A model generated the notes under the pieces. That model was given only the letters and a program-made list of their open reading frames with translations. It ran no database searches and had not been told where the DNA came from. A stretch of DNA of 64,000 bases from the human T2T-CHM13v2.0 reference genome, Homo sapiens. The position numbers were made by a program, and so were the translations under genes. Each line of letters begins with the position of its first letter. Within the stretch, counting starts at the first letter, position 1. Where the stretch lies: assembly GCF_009914755.1 (NCBI RefSeq), contig NC_060933.1; one strand, given 5' to 3'. Shown piece after piece: positions 1-12,569 of this stretch.

Positions 1-3000
1 GAAAGAATGGAATCAACACGAGTGGAATGGCATGGATTGGAATGGAATGGAATGGAATCAACCCGAGTACAGGGGAATGGAATGGAATGGAATGCAATGG
101 AATGGAATCATCCGTTATGGAATGGAAAGGAATGGAATGGAATGGAATGGAATGGAATGGAATGGAATGGAATGGAATCAACTCGATTGCAATCGAATGG
201 AATGGAATGGAATTAACCCGAATAGAATGGAATGGAATGGAATGGAACGGAACGGAATGGAATGGAATGGAATGGAATGGAACGGAAAGGAATGGAATGG
301 AATGGAATGGAATGGAATGGAATGGAATGGAATCAACGCGAGTGCAGGGGAATGGAATGGAATCGAATGGAATGGAAAGGAATGGAATGGAATCAACCCG
401 AGTGCAGGGGAATGTAATGGAACGGAATGCAATAGAATGGAATCATCCGGAATGGAATGGAATGTAATGGAATGGAATCAACCCGAGTGCAATGGAATGG
501 AGTGGAATGGAATGGAATGGAATGGAACAACCCGAATGGAATGGAATGTAATGGAGAGTAAGGGAGTTGAAAAGAATCAATCCGAATGTAATGGAATGGA
601 ATGGAACGGAATGGAATGGAATGGAATGGAATGGAATGGAATGGAATGCAATGGAATGGAATCAACCCAAGTACAATGGAATGGAATGGAATGGAATGGA
701 ATGGAATGGAATGGAATGCAATGGAATGGAATCTTCCGGAATGGAATGGAATGGAATGGAATGGAATGGAATGCAATGGATTCAACTCGATTGCAATGGA
801 ATGGAATAGAATGGAATGGAATGGAATGGAATGGAATGGAATTAAACCGAATAGAATGGAATGGAATGGAATGGAATGGAACAGAACGGAACGGAACGGA
901 ACGGAGTGGAAAGGAATGGAATGGAATTGTATGGAATGGAATGGAATGGTACGGAATAGAATGGAATGGAAAGAATTGGAATGGAATGGAATGGAATGGA
1001 ATGGAATGGAATCAACCCAAGCGCAATGGAATGGAGTGGAATGGAATGGAATGGAATGGAACAACCCGAATGGAATGGAATGTAATGGAGAGTAAGGGAG
1101 TTGAACAGAATCAATCCGAATGTAATGGAATGGAACGGAATGGAATGGAATGGAATGGAATGGAATGCAATGGAATGGAATCAACCCGAGTACAATGGAA
1201 CGGAATGTAATGTAATGTAATGTAATGGAATGGAACGGAATGGAATGGAATTGAATCAACCCGAGTGCAATGGAATGGAGAGGAATGGAATGGAATGGAA
1301 TGGAAACTACCCGAATGGAATGGAATGTAATGGAGTGTAAGGGAATTGAATAGAATCAATCCGAATGGAATGGAATGGAATAGAACGGAATGTAATGTAA
1401 TGGAATGGAATGGAATCAACCCGAGTGCAGGGGAATGGAATGGAATGGAATGCAATGGAATGGAATCATCCGGAATGGAATGGAATGGAATGCAATGGAA
1501 TGGAATGTAATGGAATCAACCCGAGAGCAATGGAATGGAGTGAAATGGAATGGAATGGAATGGAGACAACCAGAATGGATTGGAATATAATGGAGTGTAA
1601 GGGAATTGAATAGAATCAATCTGAATGTAATGAAATGGAATGGAACGGAATGGAATGGAATGGAACGGAATGGAATGGAATGGAATGCAATGGAATGGAA
1701 TCAACCCGAGTGCAATCGAATGGAATCGAATGGAATGGAATGCAATGGAATGGATTCAACTTGAATGGAATGGAAAGAATGGAATCAACACGAGTGGAAT
1801 GGCATGGATTGGAATGGAATGGAATGGAATCAACCCGAGTATAGGGGAATGGAATGGAATGGAATGCAATGGAATGGAATCATCCGTAATGGAATGGAAA
1901 GGAATGGAATGGAATGGAATGGAATGGAATGGAATGGAATCAACTCGATTGCAATCGAATGGAATGGAATGGAATTAACCCGAATAGAATGGAATGGAAT
2001 GGAATGGAACGGAACGGAATGGAATGGAATGGAATGGAATGGAATGGAATGGAGTGGAACGGAAAGGAAGGGAATGGAATGGAATGGAATGGAATGGAAT
2101 GGAATCAACCCGAGTGCAATGGAATGGAGTGGAATGGAATGGAATGGAATGGAACAACCCGAATGGAATGGAATGTAATGGAGAGTAAGGGAGTTGAATA
2201 GAATCAATCCGAATGTAATGGAATGGAAAGGAACGCAATGGAATTGAATGGAATGGAATGGAATCAACTCGATTGGAATGGAATGGAATGGAAAGGAATG
2301 GAATGGAATGGAATTAACCCGAATAGAATGGAATGGAATGGAATGGAACGGAACGGAATTGAATGGAATGGAATGGAAACAACCAGACTGCAGGGGAATG
2401 GAATGGAATGGAATGCAATGGAATGAATTCAACTTGAATGGAATGGAAAGAATGGAATCAACACGAGTGGAATGGCATGGATTGGAATGGAATGGAATGG
2501 AATCAACCCGAGTACAGGGGAATGGAATGGAATGGAATGCAATGGAATGGAATCATCCGTAATGGAATGGAAAGGAATGGAATGGAATGGAATGGAATGG
2601 AATGGAATGGAATCAACTCGATTGCAATCGAATGGAATGGAATGGAATTAAACCGAATAGAATGGAATGGAATGGAATGGAACGGAACAGAACGGAATGG
2701 AATGGATTGGAATGGAATGGAATGGAATGGAATGGAACGGAAAGGAATGGAATGGAATGGAATGGAATGGAATGGAATAGAATGGAATGGAATGGAATGG
2801 AATCAACGCGAGTGCAGGGGAATGGAATGGAATGGAATGCAATGGAATGGAATGCAATGGAATGGAATGGAATGGAATGGAATGGAATGGAATGGAATCA
2901 ACTCGATTGCAATCGAATGGAATGGAATGGAATTAACCCGAATAGAATGGAATGGAATGGAATGGAACGGAACGGAATGGAATGGAATGGAATGGAACGG

Positions 3001-6000
3001 TACGGAATGGAATGAGATGGAATGGAATGGAATGGAATCAACGTGAGTGCAGGGGAATGGAATGGAATTAAATGCAATGGAATGGATTCCACTTGAATGG
3101 AATGGAAAGAATGGAATCAACACGAGTGGAATGGCATGGATTGGAATGGAATGGAATGGAATCAACCCGAGTACATGGGAATGGAATGGAATGGAATGCA
3201 ATGGAATGGAATCATCCGTAATGGAATGGAAAGGAATGGAATGGAATGGAATGGAATGGAATGGAATAGAATGGAATGGAATCAACTCGATTGCAATCGA
3301 ATGGAATGGAATGGAATTAACCCGAATAGAATGGAATGGAATGGAATGGAACGGAACGGAACGGAATGGAATGGATTGGAATGGAATGGAATGGAATGGA
3401 ATGGAACGGAAAGGAATGGAATGGAATGGAATGGAATGGAATGGAATGGAATCAACGCGAGTTCAGGGGAATGGAATGGAATGGAATGCAATGGAATGGA
3501 ATCTTCCGGAATGGAATGGAATGCAATGGAATGGAATGGAATGGAATGGAATAAACCCGAGTGCAATGGAATGGAGTGGAATGGAATGGAATGGAATGGA
3601 ACAACCCGAATGGAATGGAATGTAATGGAGAGTAAGGGAGTTGAATAGAATCAATCCGAATGTAATGGAAAGGAATGGAACGGAATGGAATTGAATGGAA
3701 TGGAATGGAATGGAATCAACCCGAGTGCAATGGAATGGAAAGGAATGGAATGGAATGGAATGGAAACTACCCGAAGGGAATGGAATGTAATGGAGTGTAA
3801 GGGAATTGAATAGAATCAATTCGAGTGTAATGGAATGGAATGGAACGGAATGGAATGGAATGGAATGGAATGGAATGGAATGGAATGCAACGGAATGGAA
3901 TCAACCCGAGTGCAATCGAATGGAATCCAATGGAATGGAATGCAATGGAATGGATTCAACTTGAATGGAAAGGAAAGAATGGAATCAACACGAGTGGAAG
4001 GACATGGATTGGAATGGAATGGAATGGAATCAACCCGAGTACAGGGGAATGGAATGGAATGGAATGGAATGGAATGGAATCATCCGAAATGGAATGGAAA
4101 GGAATGGAATGGAATGGAATGGAATGGAATCAACTCGATTGCAATCGAATGGAATGGAATGGAATTAACCCGAATAGAATGGAATGGAATGGAATGAAAC
4201 GGAACGGAATGGAATGGAATGGAATAGAATCTAATGGAACGGAACGGAACGGAATGGATGGAATGGAATGGAATGGAATGGAATGGAATCAACGCGAGTG
4301 CAGGGGAATCGAATGGAATGGAATGCAATGGAATGGAATCTTCCGGAATGGAATGGAATGGAATGGAATGAAATGCAATGGATTCAACTCGATTGCAATG
4401 GAATGGATTAGAATGGAATGGAATGGAATGGAATGGAATGGAATTAACCCGAATAGAATGGAATGGAATGGAATGGAACGGAATGGAACGGAATGGAATG
4501 GAATGGAATGGAATGGTATGGTATGGAATGGAATGGAATGGTATGGAATAGAATGGAATGGAACGAATTGTAATGGAATGGAATTGAATGGAATGGAATG
4601 GAATGGAATGGAATCAACGCGAGTGCAGGGGAATGTAATGGAACGGAATGCAATGGAATGGAATCATCCGGAATGGAATGGAATGGAATGGAATGGAATG
4701 GAATCAACCCGAGTGCAATGGAATGGAGTGGAATGGAATGGAATGGAATGGAACAACCCGAATGGAATGGAATGTAATGGAGAGTAAGGGAGTTGAATAG
4801 AATCAATCCGAATGTAATGGAATGGAATGCAACGGAATGGAAAGGAATGGAATGGAATGGAATGGAATGCAATGGAATGGAATCAACCCGAGTACAATGG
4901 AATGGAATGGAATGGAATGGAATGGAATGGAATGGAATGGAATGGAATGCCTTCAAACCGAAAGGAATGGAAAGGAATGGAATCAACACGAGTGGAATGG
5001 AATGGAATGGAATGGAATGGAATGGAATGATACGGAATAGAATGGAATGCAACGAAATGGAATGGAATGGAATGGAATGGAATGGAATGGAATGGAATGG
5101 AATGGAATCGTTCCGAGTGGAATAGGAGGGAATGTATTCGAGTGGAATGGAAAGGAATGGAATCAACCACAGTGGAATGGAAGGTAATGGAATGGAATGG
5201 AAACTAATAGAATGGAATCAACCCGAGTGGAATGGAATGGAAAGGACTGGAATGGAAAGGAATGGAATGGAATGGAATGGAATGGAATGGAATGGAAAGG
5301 AATGGAATGGAATCAACGCGAGTGCAGGGGAATGGAATGGAATGGAATGGAATGGAATGGAATGGAATCAACCCGAGTGCAGGGGAATGTAATGGAACGG
5401 AATGCAATGGAATGGAATCATCCGGAATGGAATGGAATGGAATGGAATGGAATCAACCCGAGTGCAATGGAATGGAGTGGAATGGAAAGGAATGGAATGG
5501 AACAACCCGAATGGAATGGAATGTAATGGAGAGTAAGGGAGTTGAAAAGAATCAATCCGAATGTAATGGAATGGAATGGAACGGAATGGAATGGAATGGA
5601 ATGGAATGGAATGGAATGGAATGCAATGGAATGGAATCAACCCGAGTACAATGGAATGGAATGGAATGGAATGGAATGGAATGGAATGGAATGGAATGCA
5701 ATGGAATGGAATCTTCCGGAATGGAATGGAATGGAATGGAATGGAATGGAATGGAATGCAATGGACTCAACTCGATTGCAATGGAATGAAATAGAATTGA
5801 ATGGAATGGAATGGAATGGAATTAAACCGAATAGAATGGAATGGAATGGAATGGAACGGAACGGAACGGAACGGAACGGAGTGGAATGGAATGGAATGGA
5901 ATTGTATGGAATGGAATGGAATGTTAGGGAATAGAATGGAATGGGAAGAATTGGAATGGAATGGAATCGAATGGAATGGAGTGGAATGGAATGGAATCAA

Positions 6001-7587
6001 CCCGAGTGCAGGGGAATGTAATGGAACGGAATACAATGGAATGGAATCATCCGGAATGGAATGGAATGGAATTGAATGGAATGGAATGGAATGGAATCAA
6101 CCCGAGTGCAATGGAATGGAGTGGAATGGAATGGAATGGAATGGAACAACCCGAATGGAATGGAATGTAATGGAGAGTTAGGGAGTTGAATAGAATCAAT
6201 CCGAATGTAATGGATTGGAACGGAATGGAATGGAATGGAATGGAATGGAATGGAATGGAATGGAATGGAATGGAATGCAATGGAATGGAATCAACCCGAG
6301 TACAATGGAACGGAATGGAATGGAATGGAATGGCATGGAATGGAATGGAATGGAATGGAATGGAATGGAATGGAATCAACCCAAGTGCAATAGAATGGAG
6401 AGGAATGGAATAGAATGGAATGGAAACTACCCGAATGGAATGGAATGTAATGGAGTGTAAGGGAATTGAATAGAATCAATCCGAATGTAATGGAATGGAA
6501 TGGAACGGAATGGAATGGAATGGAATGGAATGGAATGGAATAAACCCGAGTGCAATGGAATGGAGTGGAATGGAATGGAATGGAATGGAACAACCCGAAT
6601 GGAATGGAATGTAATGGAGAGTAAGGGAGTTGAATAGAATCAATCCGAATGTAATGGAATGGAATGGAACGGAATGGAATTGAATGGAATGGAATGGAAT
6701 GGAATCAACCCGAGTGCAATGGAATGGAGAGGAATGGAATGGAATGAAATGGAAACTACCCGAATGGAATGGAATGTAATGGAGTGTAAGGGAATTGAAT
6801 AGAATCAATCCGAATGTAATGGAATGGAATGGAACGGAATGGAATGGAATGGGATGGAATGGAATGGAATCGAATGGAATGGAATGCAATGGAATGGAAT
6901 CAACCCGAGTGCAATCGAATGGAATCGAATGGAATGGAATGCAATGGAATGGATTCAACTTGAATGGAATGGAAAGAATGGAATCAACACGAGTGGAATG
7001 CCATGGATTGGAATGGAATGGAATGGAATCAACCCGAGCACAGGGGAATGGAATGGAATGGAATGCAATGGAATGGAATCATCCGTAATGGAATGGAAAG
7101 GAATGGAATGGAATGGAATGGAATGGAATGGAATGGAATGGAATGGAATGGAATCAACTCGATTGCAATCGAATGGAATGGAATGGAATTAACCCGAATA
7201 GAATGGAATGGAATGGAATGGAACGGAACGGAACAGAACGGAACGGAGTGGAATGAGTGGAATGGAATGGAATGGAATTGTATGGAATGGAATGGCATGG
7301 TACGGAATAGAATGGAATGGAAAGAATTGGAATGGAATGGAATCGAATGGAATGGAATGGAATGGAATGGAATCAACCCGAGTGCAATGGAATGGAGTGG
7401 AATGGAATGGAATGGAATGGAACAACCCGAATGGAATGGAATGTAATGGAGAGTAAGGGAGTTGAATAGAATCAATCCGAATGTAATGGAATGAAACGGA
7501 ATGGAAAGGAATGGAATGGAATGGAATGGAATGGAATGGAATGGAATGCAATGGAATGGAATCAACCCGAGTACAATGGAACGGAAT
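1..7587 (+). repeat. HSat3 block 1, GGAAT orientation, type A variant
   Basis: G-rich strand on +. Type A landmarks: GGAGAGTAAGGGAGTTGAATAGAATCAATCCGAATGTAAT, GGAAAGAATGGAATCAACACGAGTGGAATGGCATGGATTGG, GGAATCTTCCGGAAT, AATCGTTCCGAGTGGAATAGGAGGGAATGTATTCGAG (~5106). Confidence 0.93.
728..742. promoter_or_regulatory. Consensus heat-shock element nGAAnnTTCnnGAAn (first of about 22 copies)
   Basis: gGAAtcTTCcgGAAt matches the three inverted nGAAn units bound by an HSF1 trimer. HSF1 binding to Sat III after heat shock is established; binding at this specific site is inferred only. Confidence 0.5.
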
Positions 7588-7600
7588 GGGTTTATTCCAT
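7581..7600. other. Strand-switch (inversion) junction 1, GGAAT to CATTC
   Basis: ACGGAAT-GG-GTTTATTCCAT. The left side is a GGAAC/GGAAT run; the right side is the reverse complement of ATGGAATAAACCC. GG at 7588-7589 fits both sides, with no inserted bases. Confidence 0.95.
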
Positions 7601-10600
7601 TCCATTCCATTCCATTCCGGATGATTCCATTCCATTGCATTCCATTCCATTCCATTCCCCTGCACTCGTGTTGATTCCATTCCCTTCCATTCCATTCCAT
7701 TCCGTTCCATTCCATTCTATTCCGGTTAACTCCATTCCATTCCATTCCATTGCAATCGAGTTGATTGCATTCCATTCCTTTCCATTCCATTCCATTGCCT
7801 TGCATTCCACTCGGGTTGATTCCATTCCCTTCTTTCCACTCCATTACATTCCCTTCCATGATTGATTCCATTCCATTCCATTCCAGTTCATTCCATTGCA
7901 ATCCATTCCAATCCATTCCATTCCATTCCATTCCACTCGAGTTGAGTTCATTCCATTCCTTTCCATTCCATTCCATTCTTTCCACTCGAGTTGATTCCAT
8001 TCCATTCCAATCCATTGCATTCCATTCCATGCCATTCCACTCGGGTTGATTCCATTCCTTTGCATTCCATTCCATTCCATTCCATTCCATTCCATTCCAT
8101 TCCGTTGCATTCCATTCCATTACATTCCGATTGATTCTATTCAACTCCCTTACTCTCCATTACATTCCATTCCATTCGGATTGTTCCATTCCATTCCATT
8201 CCTTTCCACTCCATTCCATTGCACTCGGGTTGATTCCATTCCATTCCATTCCATTCCATTCCATTCCGGATGATTCCATTCCATTGCATTCCGTTCCATT
8301 ACATTCCCCTGCACTCGCGTTGATTCCATTCCATTCCATTCCTTTCCATTCAATTCCATTCCATTACAATTCGTTCCATTCCATTCTATTCCGTACCATT
8401 CCATTCCATTCCATACCATTCCATTCCATTCCATTCCATTCCATTCCATTCCATTCCGTTCCATTCCGTTGCATTCCATTCAATTCCATTCTATTCGGGT
8501 TAATCCCATTCCATTCCATTCCATTCCATTCTATTCCATTCCATTGCAACCGAGTTGAATCCATTGCATTTCATTCCATTCCATTCCATTCCATTCCGGA
8601 AGATTCCATTCCATTGCATTCCATTCCATGCCATTCCCCTGCACTCGCGTTGATTCCATTCCATTCCATTCCATTCCATTCCATTCCATTCCGTTCCGTT
8701 CCGTTCCGTTCCATTCCATTCCATTCCATTCCATTCCATTCCGTTCCGTTCCATTCCATTCCATTCCATTCTATTCGGGTTAATTCCACTCCATTCCATT
8801 CGATTGCAATCGTGTTGATTCCATTCCATTCCATTCCATTCCATTCCATTCCATTCCATTCCTTTCCATTCCATTACGGATGATTCCATTCCATTGCATT
8901 CCATTCCATTCCATTCCCCTGTAATCGGGTTGATTCCATTCCTTTGCATTCCAATCCATGCCCTTCCACTCGTGTTGATTCCATTCTTTCCATTCCATTC
9001 AAGTTGAATCTATTCCATTGCATTGCATTCCATTCGATTCCATTCGATTGCACTCGGGTTGATTCCATTCCATTGCATTCCATTCCATTCCATTCCATTC
9101 CATTCCGTTCCATTCCATTCCATTACATTCGGATTGATTCTATTCAATTCCCTTACACTCCATTACATTCCATTCCATTCAGGTAGTTTCCATTCCATTC
9201 CATTCCATTCCTCTTCATTCCATTGCACTCGGGTTGATTCCATTCCATTGCATTCCATTCCATTCCATTCCGTTCCATTCCATTCCATTACATTCGGATT
9301 GACTCTATTCAACTCCCTTACTCTCCATTACATTCCGTTGCATTCGGCTTGTTCCATTCCATTCCATTCCATTCCACTCCATTCCATTGCACTCAGGTTT
9401 ATTCCATTTCATTCCATTCCATTCCATTCCATTCCGGAAGATTCCATTCCATTGCATTCCATTCCATTCCATTCCCCTGCACTCGCGTTGATTCCATTCC
9501 ATTCCATTCCATTCCATTCCATTCCATTCCTTTCCGTTCCATTCCATTCCATTCCATTCCATTCCATTCCGTTCCGTTCCGTTCCATTCCATTCCATTCC
9601 ATTCTATTCGGGTTAATTCCATTCCATTCCATTCGATTGCAATCGAGTTGATTTCATTCCATTCCATTCCATTCCATTCCATTCCTTTTCATTCCATTAC
9701 GGATGATTCCATTCCATTGCATTCCATTCCATTCCATTCCCCTGTACTCGGGTTGATTCCATTCCATTCCATTCCATTCCATTCCATTCTATTCGGGTTA
9801 ATTCCATTCCATTCCATTCCATTCCATTCCATTCCATTCCAATCGAGTTGATTCCATTCCATTCCAATCCATTCCATTCCACTCCATTCCAGTCCTTTCC
9901 ATTCCATTCCACTCGGGTTGATTCCAATGTATTCCTTTCCATTCCATTCCATTCCATTGCAATCGAGTTGATTCCATTGCTTTGCATTCCATTCCATTCC
10001 ATTCCATTCCGGATGATTCCATTCCATTGCATTCTATTCCATTCCATTCCCCTGTACTCGGGTTGATTCCATTCCATTCCACTCCATTCCGTTCCATTCC
10101 ATTCCATTCCATTGTATTCGGGTTAATTCCATTCCATTCCATTCCATTCCATTCCATTCCATTACAATCGAGTTGATTCCATTCCATTCCATTCCATTCC
10201 ATTCCATTCCAGTCCTTTCCATTCCATTCCACTCGGGTTGATTCCATTCTATTAGTTTCCATTCCATTCCATTCCCTTCCATTCCACTCTGGTTGATTCC
10301 ATTCCTTTGCATTCCACTCGAATACATTCCCTCCTATTCCACTCGGAACGATTCCATTCCATTCCATTCCATTCCATTCCATTTCGTTCCATTCCATTCT
10401 ATTCCATATCATTCCATTCCATTCCGTTCCATTCCATTCCATTCCATTCCACTCGTGTTGATTCCATTCCTTTCCATTCCATTCGGTTTGAAGGCATTCC
10501 ATTCCATTCCATTCCATTCCATTCCATTGTACTCGGGTTGATTCCATTCCATTGCATTCCATTCCATTCCATTCCATTCCATTCCATTCCCTTGCATTCC

Positions 10601-12569
10601 ATTCCATTACATTCGGATTGATTCTATTCAAATCCCTTCCTCTCCATTACATTCCATTCCATACGGGTTGTTCCATTCCATTCCATTCCATTCCACTCCA
10701 TTCCATTGCACTAGGGTTGATTCCATTCCATTCCATTCCATTCCATTCCGGATGATTCCATTCCATTGCATTCCGTTCCATTACATTCCCCTGCACTCGC
10801 GTTCATTCCATTCCATTCCATTCCATTCAATTCCATTCCATTACAATTCGTTGGATTCCATTCTATTCCGTACCATTCCATTCCATTCCATACCATTCCA
10901 TTCCATTCCATTCCATTCCATTCCATTCCATTCCATTGCATTCCATTCCATTCCATTCCATTCCGTTCCGTTCCGTTCCATTCCATTCCATTCCATTCTA
11001 TCCGGGTTAATTCCATTCCATTCCATTCGATTGCAATCGAGTTGATTCCATTCCATTCCATTCCATTCCATTCCATTCCTTTCCATTCCATTACGGATGA
11101 TTCCATTCCATTGCATTCCATTCCATTCCATTCCCCTGTACTCGGGTTGATTCCATTCCATTCCATTCCAATCCATGCCATTCCACTCGTGTTGATTCCA
11201 TTCTTTCCATTCCATTCAAGTTGAATCCATTCCATTGCATTCCATTCAATTTGATTCCATTCGATTGCACTCGGGTTGATTCCATTCCACTGCATTCCAT
11301 TCCATTCAATTCCATTCCATTCCATTCCATTCCATTCCATTCCATTCCATTACATTACATTCCATTACATTCGGATTGATTCTATTCAATTCCCTTACAC
11401 TGCATTACATTCCATTCCATTCGGGTAGTTTCCATTCCATTCCATTCCATTCCTCTCCATTCCATTGCACTCGGGTTGATTCCATTCCATTGCATTCCAT
11501 TCCATTCCATTCAATTCCATTCTGTTGCATTCAATTCCATTACATGCGGATTGATTCTATTCAACTCCCTTACTCTCCATTCCATTCCATTCCATTCAGG
11601 TTGTTCCATTCCATTCCATTCCATTCCACTCCATTCCATTGCACTCGGGTTGATTCCATTCCATTCCATTCCATTCCATTCCATTCCATTCCATTCCATT
11701 CCATTCCATTACAATCGAGTTGATTCCATTCCATTCCATTCCATTCCATTCCTTTCCATTCCATTCCACTCGGGTTGATTCCATTCTATTAGTTTCCATT
11801 CCATTCCATTGCCTTCCATTCCACTCTGGTTGATTCCATTCCTTTCCATTCCACTCGAATACATTCCCTCCTATTCCACTCGGAACGATTCCATTCCATT
11901 CCATTCCATTCCATTCCATTCCATTCCATTTCGTTCCATTCCATTCTATTCCGTATCATTCCATTCCATTCCATTCCATTCCATTCCATTCCATTCGATT
12001 CCATTCCATTCCATTGTACTCGGGTTGATTCCATTCCATTGCATTCCATTCCATTCCATTCCATTCCATTCCATTCCATTCCATTCCATTCCGTTCCATT
12101 CCATTACATTCGGATTGATTCTTTTCAACTCCCTTACTCTCCATTACATTCCATTCCATTCGGATTGTTCCATTCAGTTCCATTCCATTCCACTCCATTC
12201 CATTGCACTCGGGTTGATTCCATTCCATTCCATTGCATTCCATTCCGGATGATTCCATTCCATTGCATTGCGTTCCATTACATTCCCCTGCACTCGGGTT
12301 GATTAAATTCCATTCCATTCCATTCCATTCCATTCCATTCCATTCCATTACCCTGCACTCGCGTTGATTCCATTCCATTCCATTCCATTCCATTCCATTC
12401 CATTCCATTCCTTTCCATTCCAGTCCTTTGCATTTCATTCCACTCGGGTTGATTCCATTCTATTAGTTTCCATTCCATTCCATTCCCTTCCATTCCACTC
12501 TGGTTGATTCCATTCCTTTCCATTCCACTCGAATACATTCCCTCCTATTCCACTCGGAACGATTCCATT

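Noticed and set aside
734-741. TTCCGGAA as a STAT (GAS) site
   Set aside because: Canonical GAS is TTCN3GAA (N4 for STAT6); here the spacer is 2 nt, which fits the HSE instead.
1207-1226. (GTAAT)4 run
   Set aside because: Ordinary local slippage of a variant pentamer, too short to be informative.
7581-7600. Heat-shock element created by the inversion junctions
   Set aside because: The GAA and TTC half-sites across either junction are not at the required 2-nt spacing.
7029-8144. Chimeric ORFs crossing the junctions (7029..8144, 7189..7710, 7491..7865; also 43636..43870)
   Set aside because: They only reflect the strand switch (MEWNG fused to HSIPF); nothing indicates coding function.
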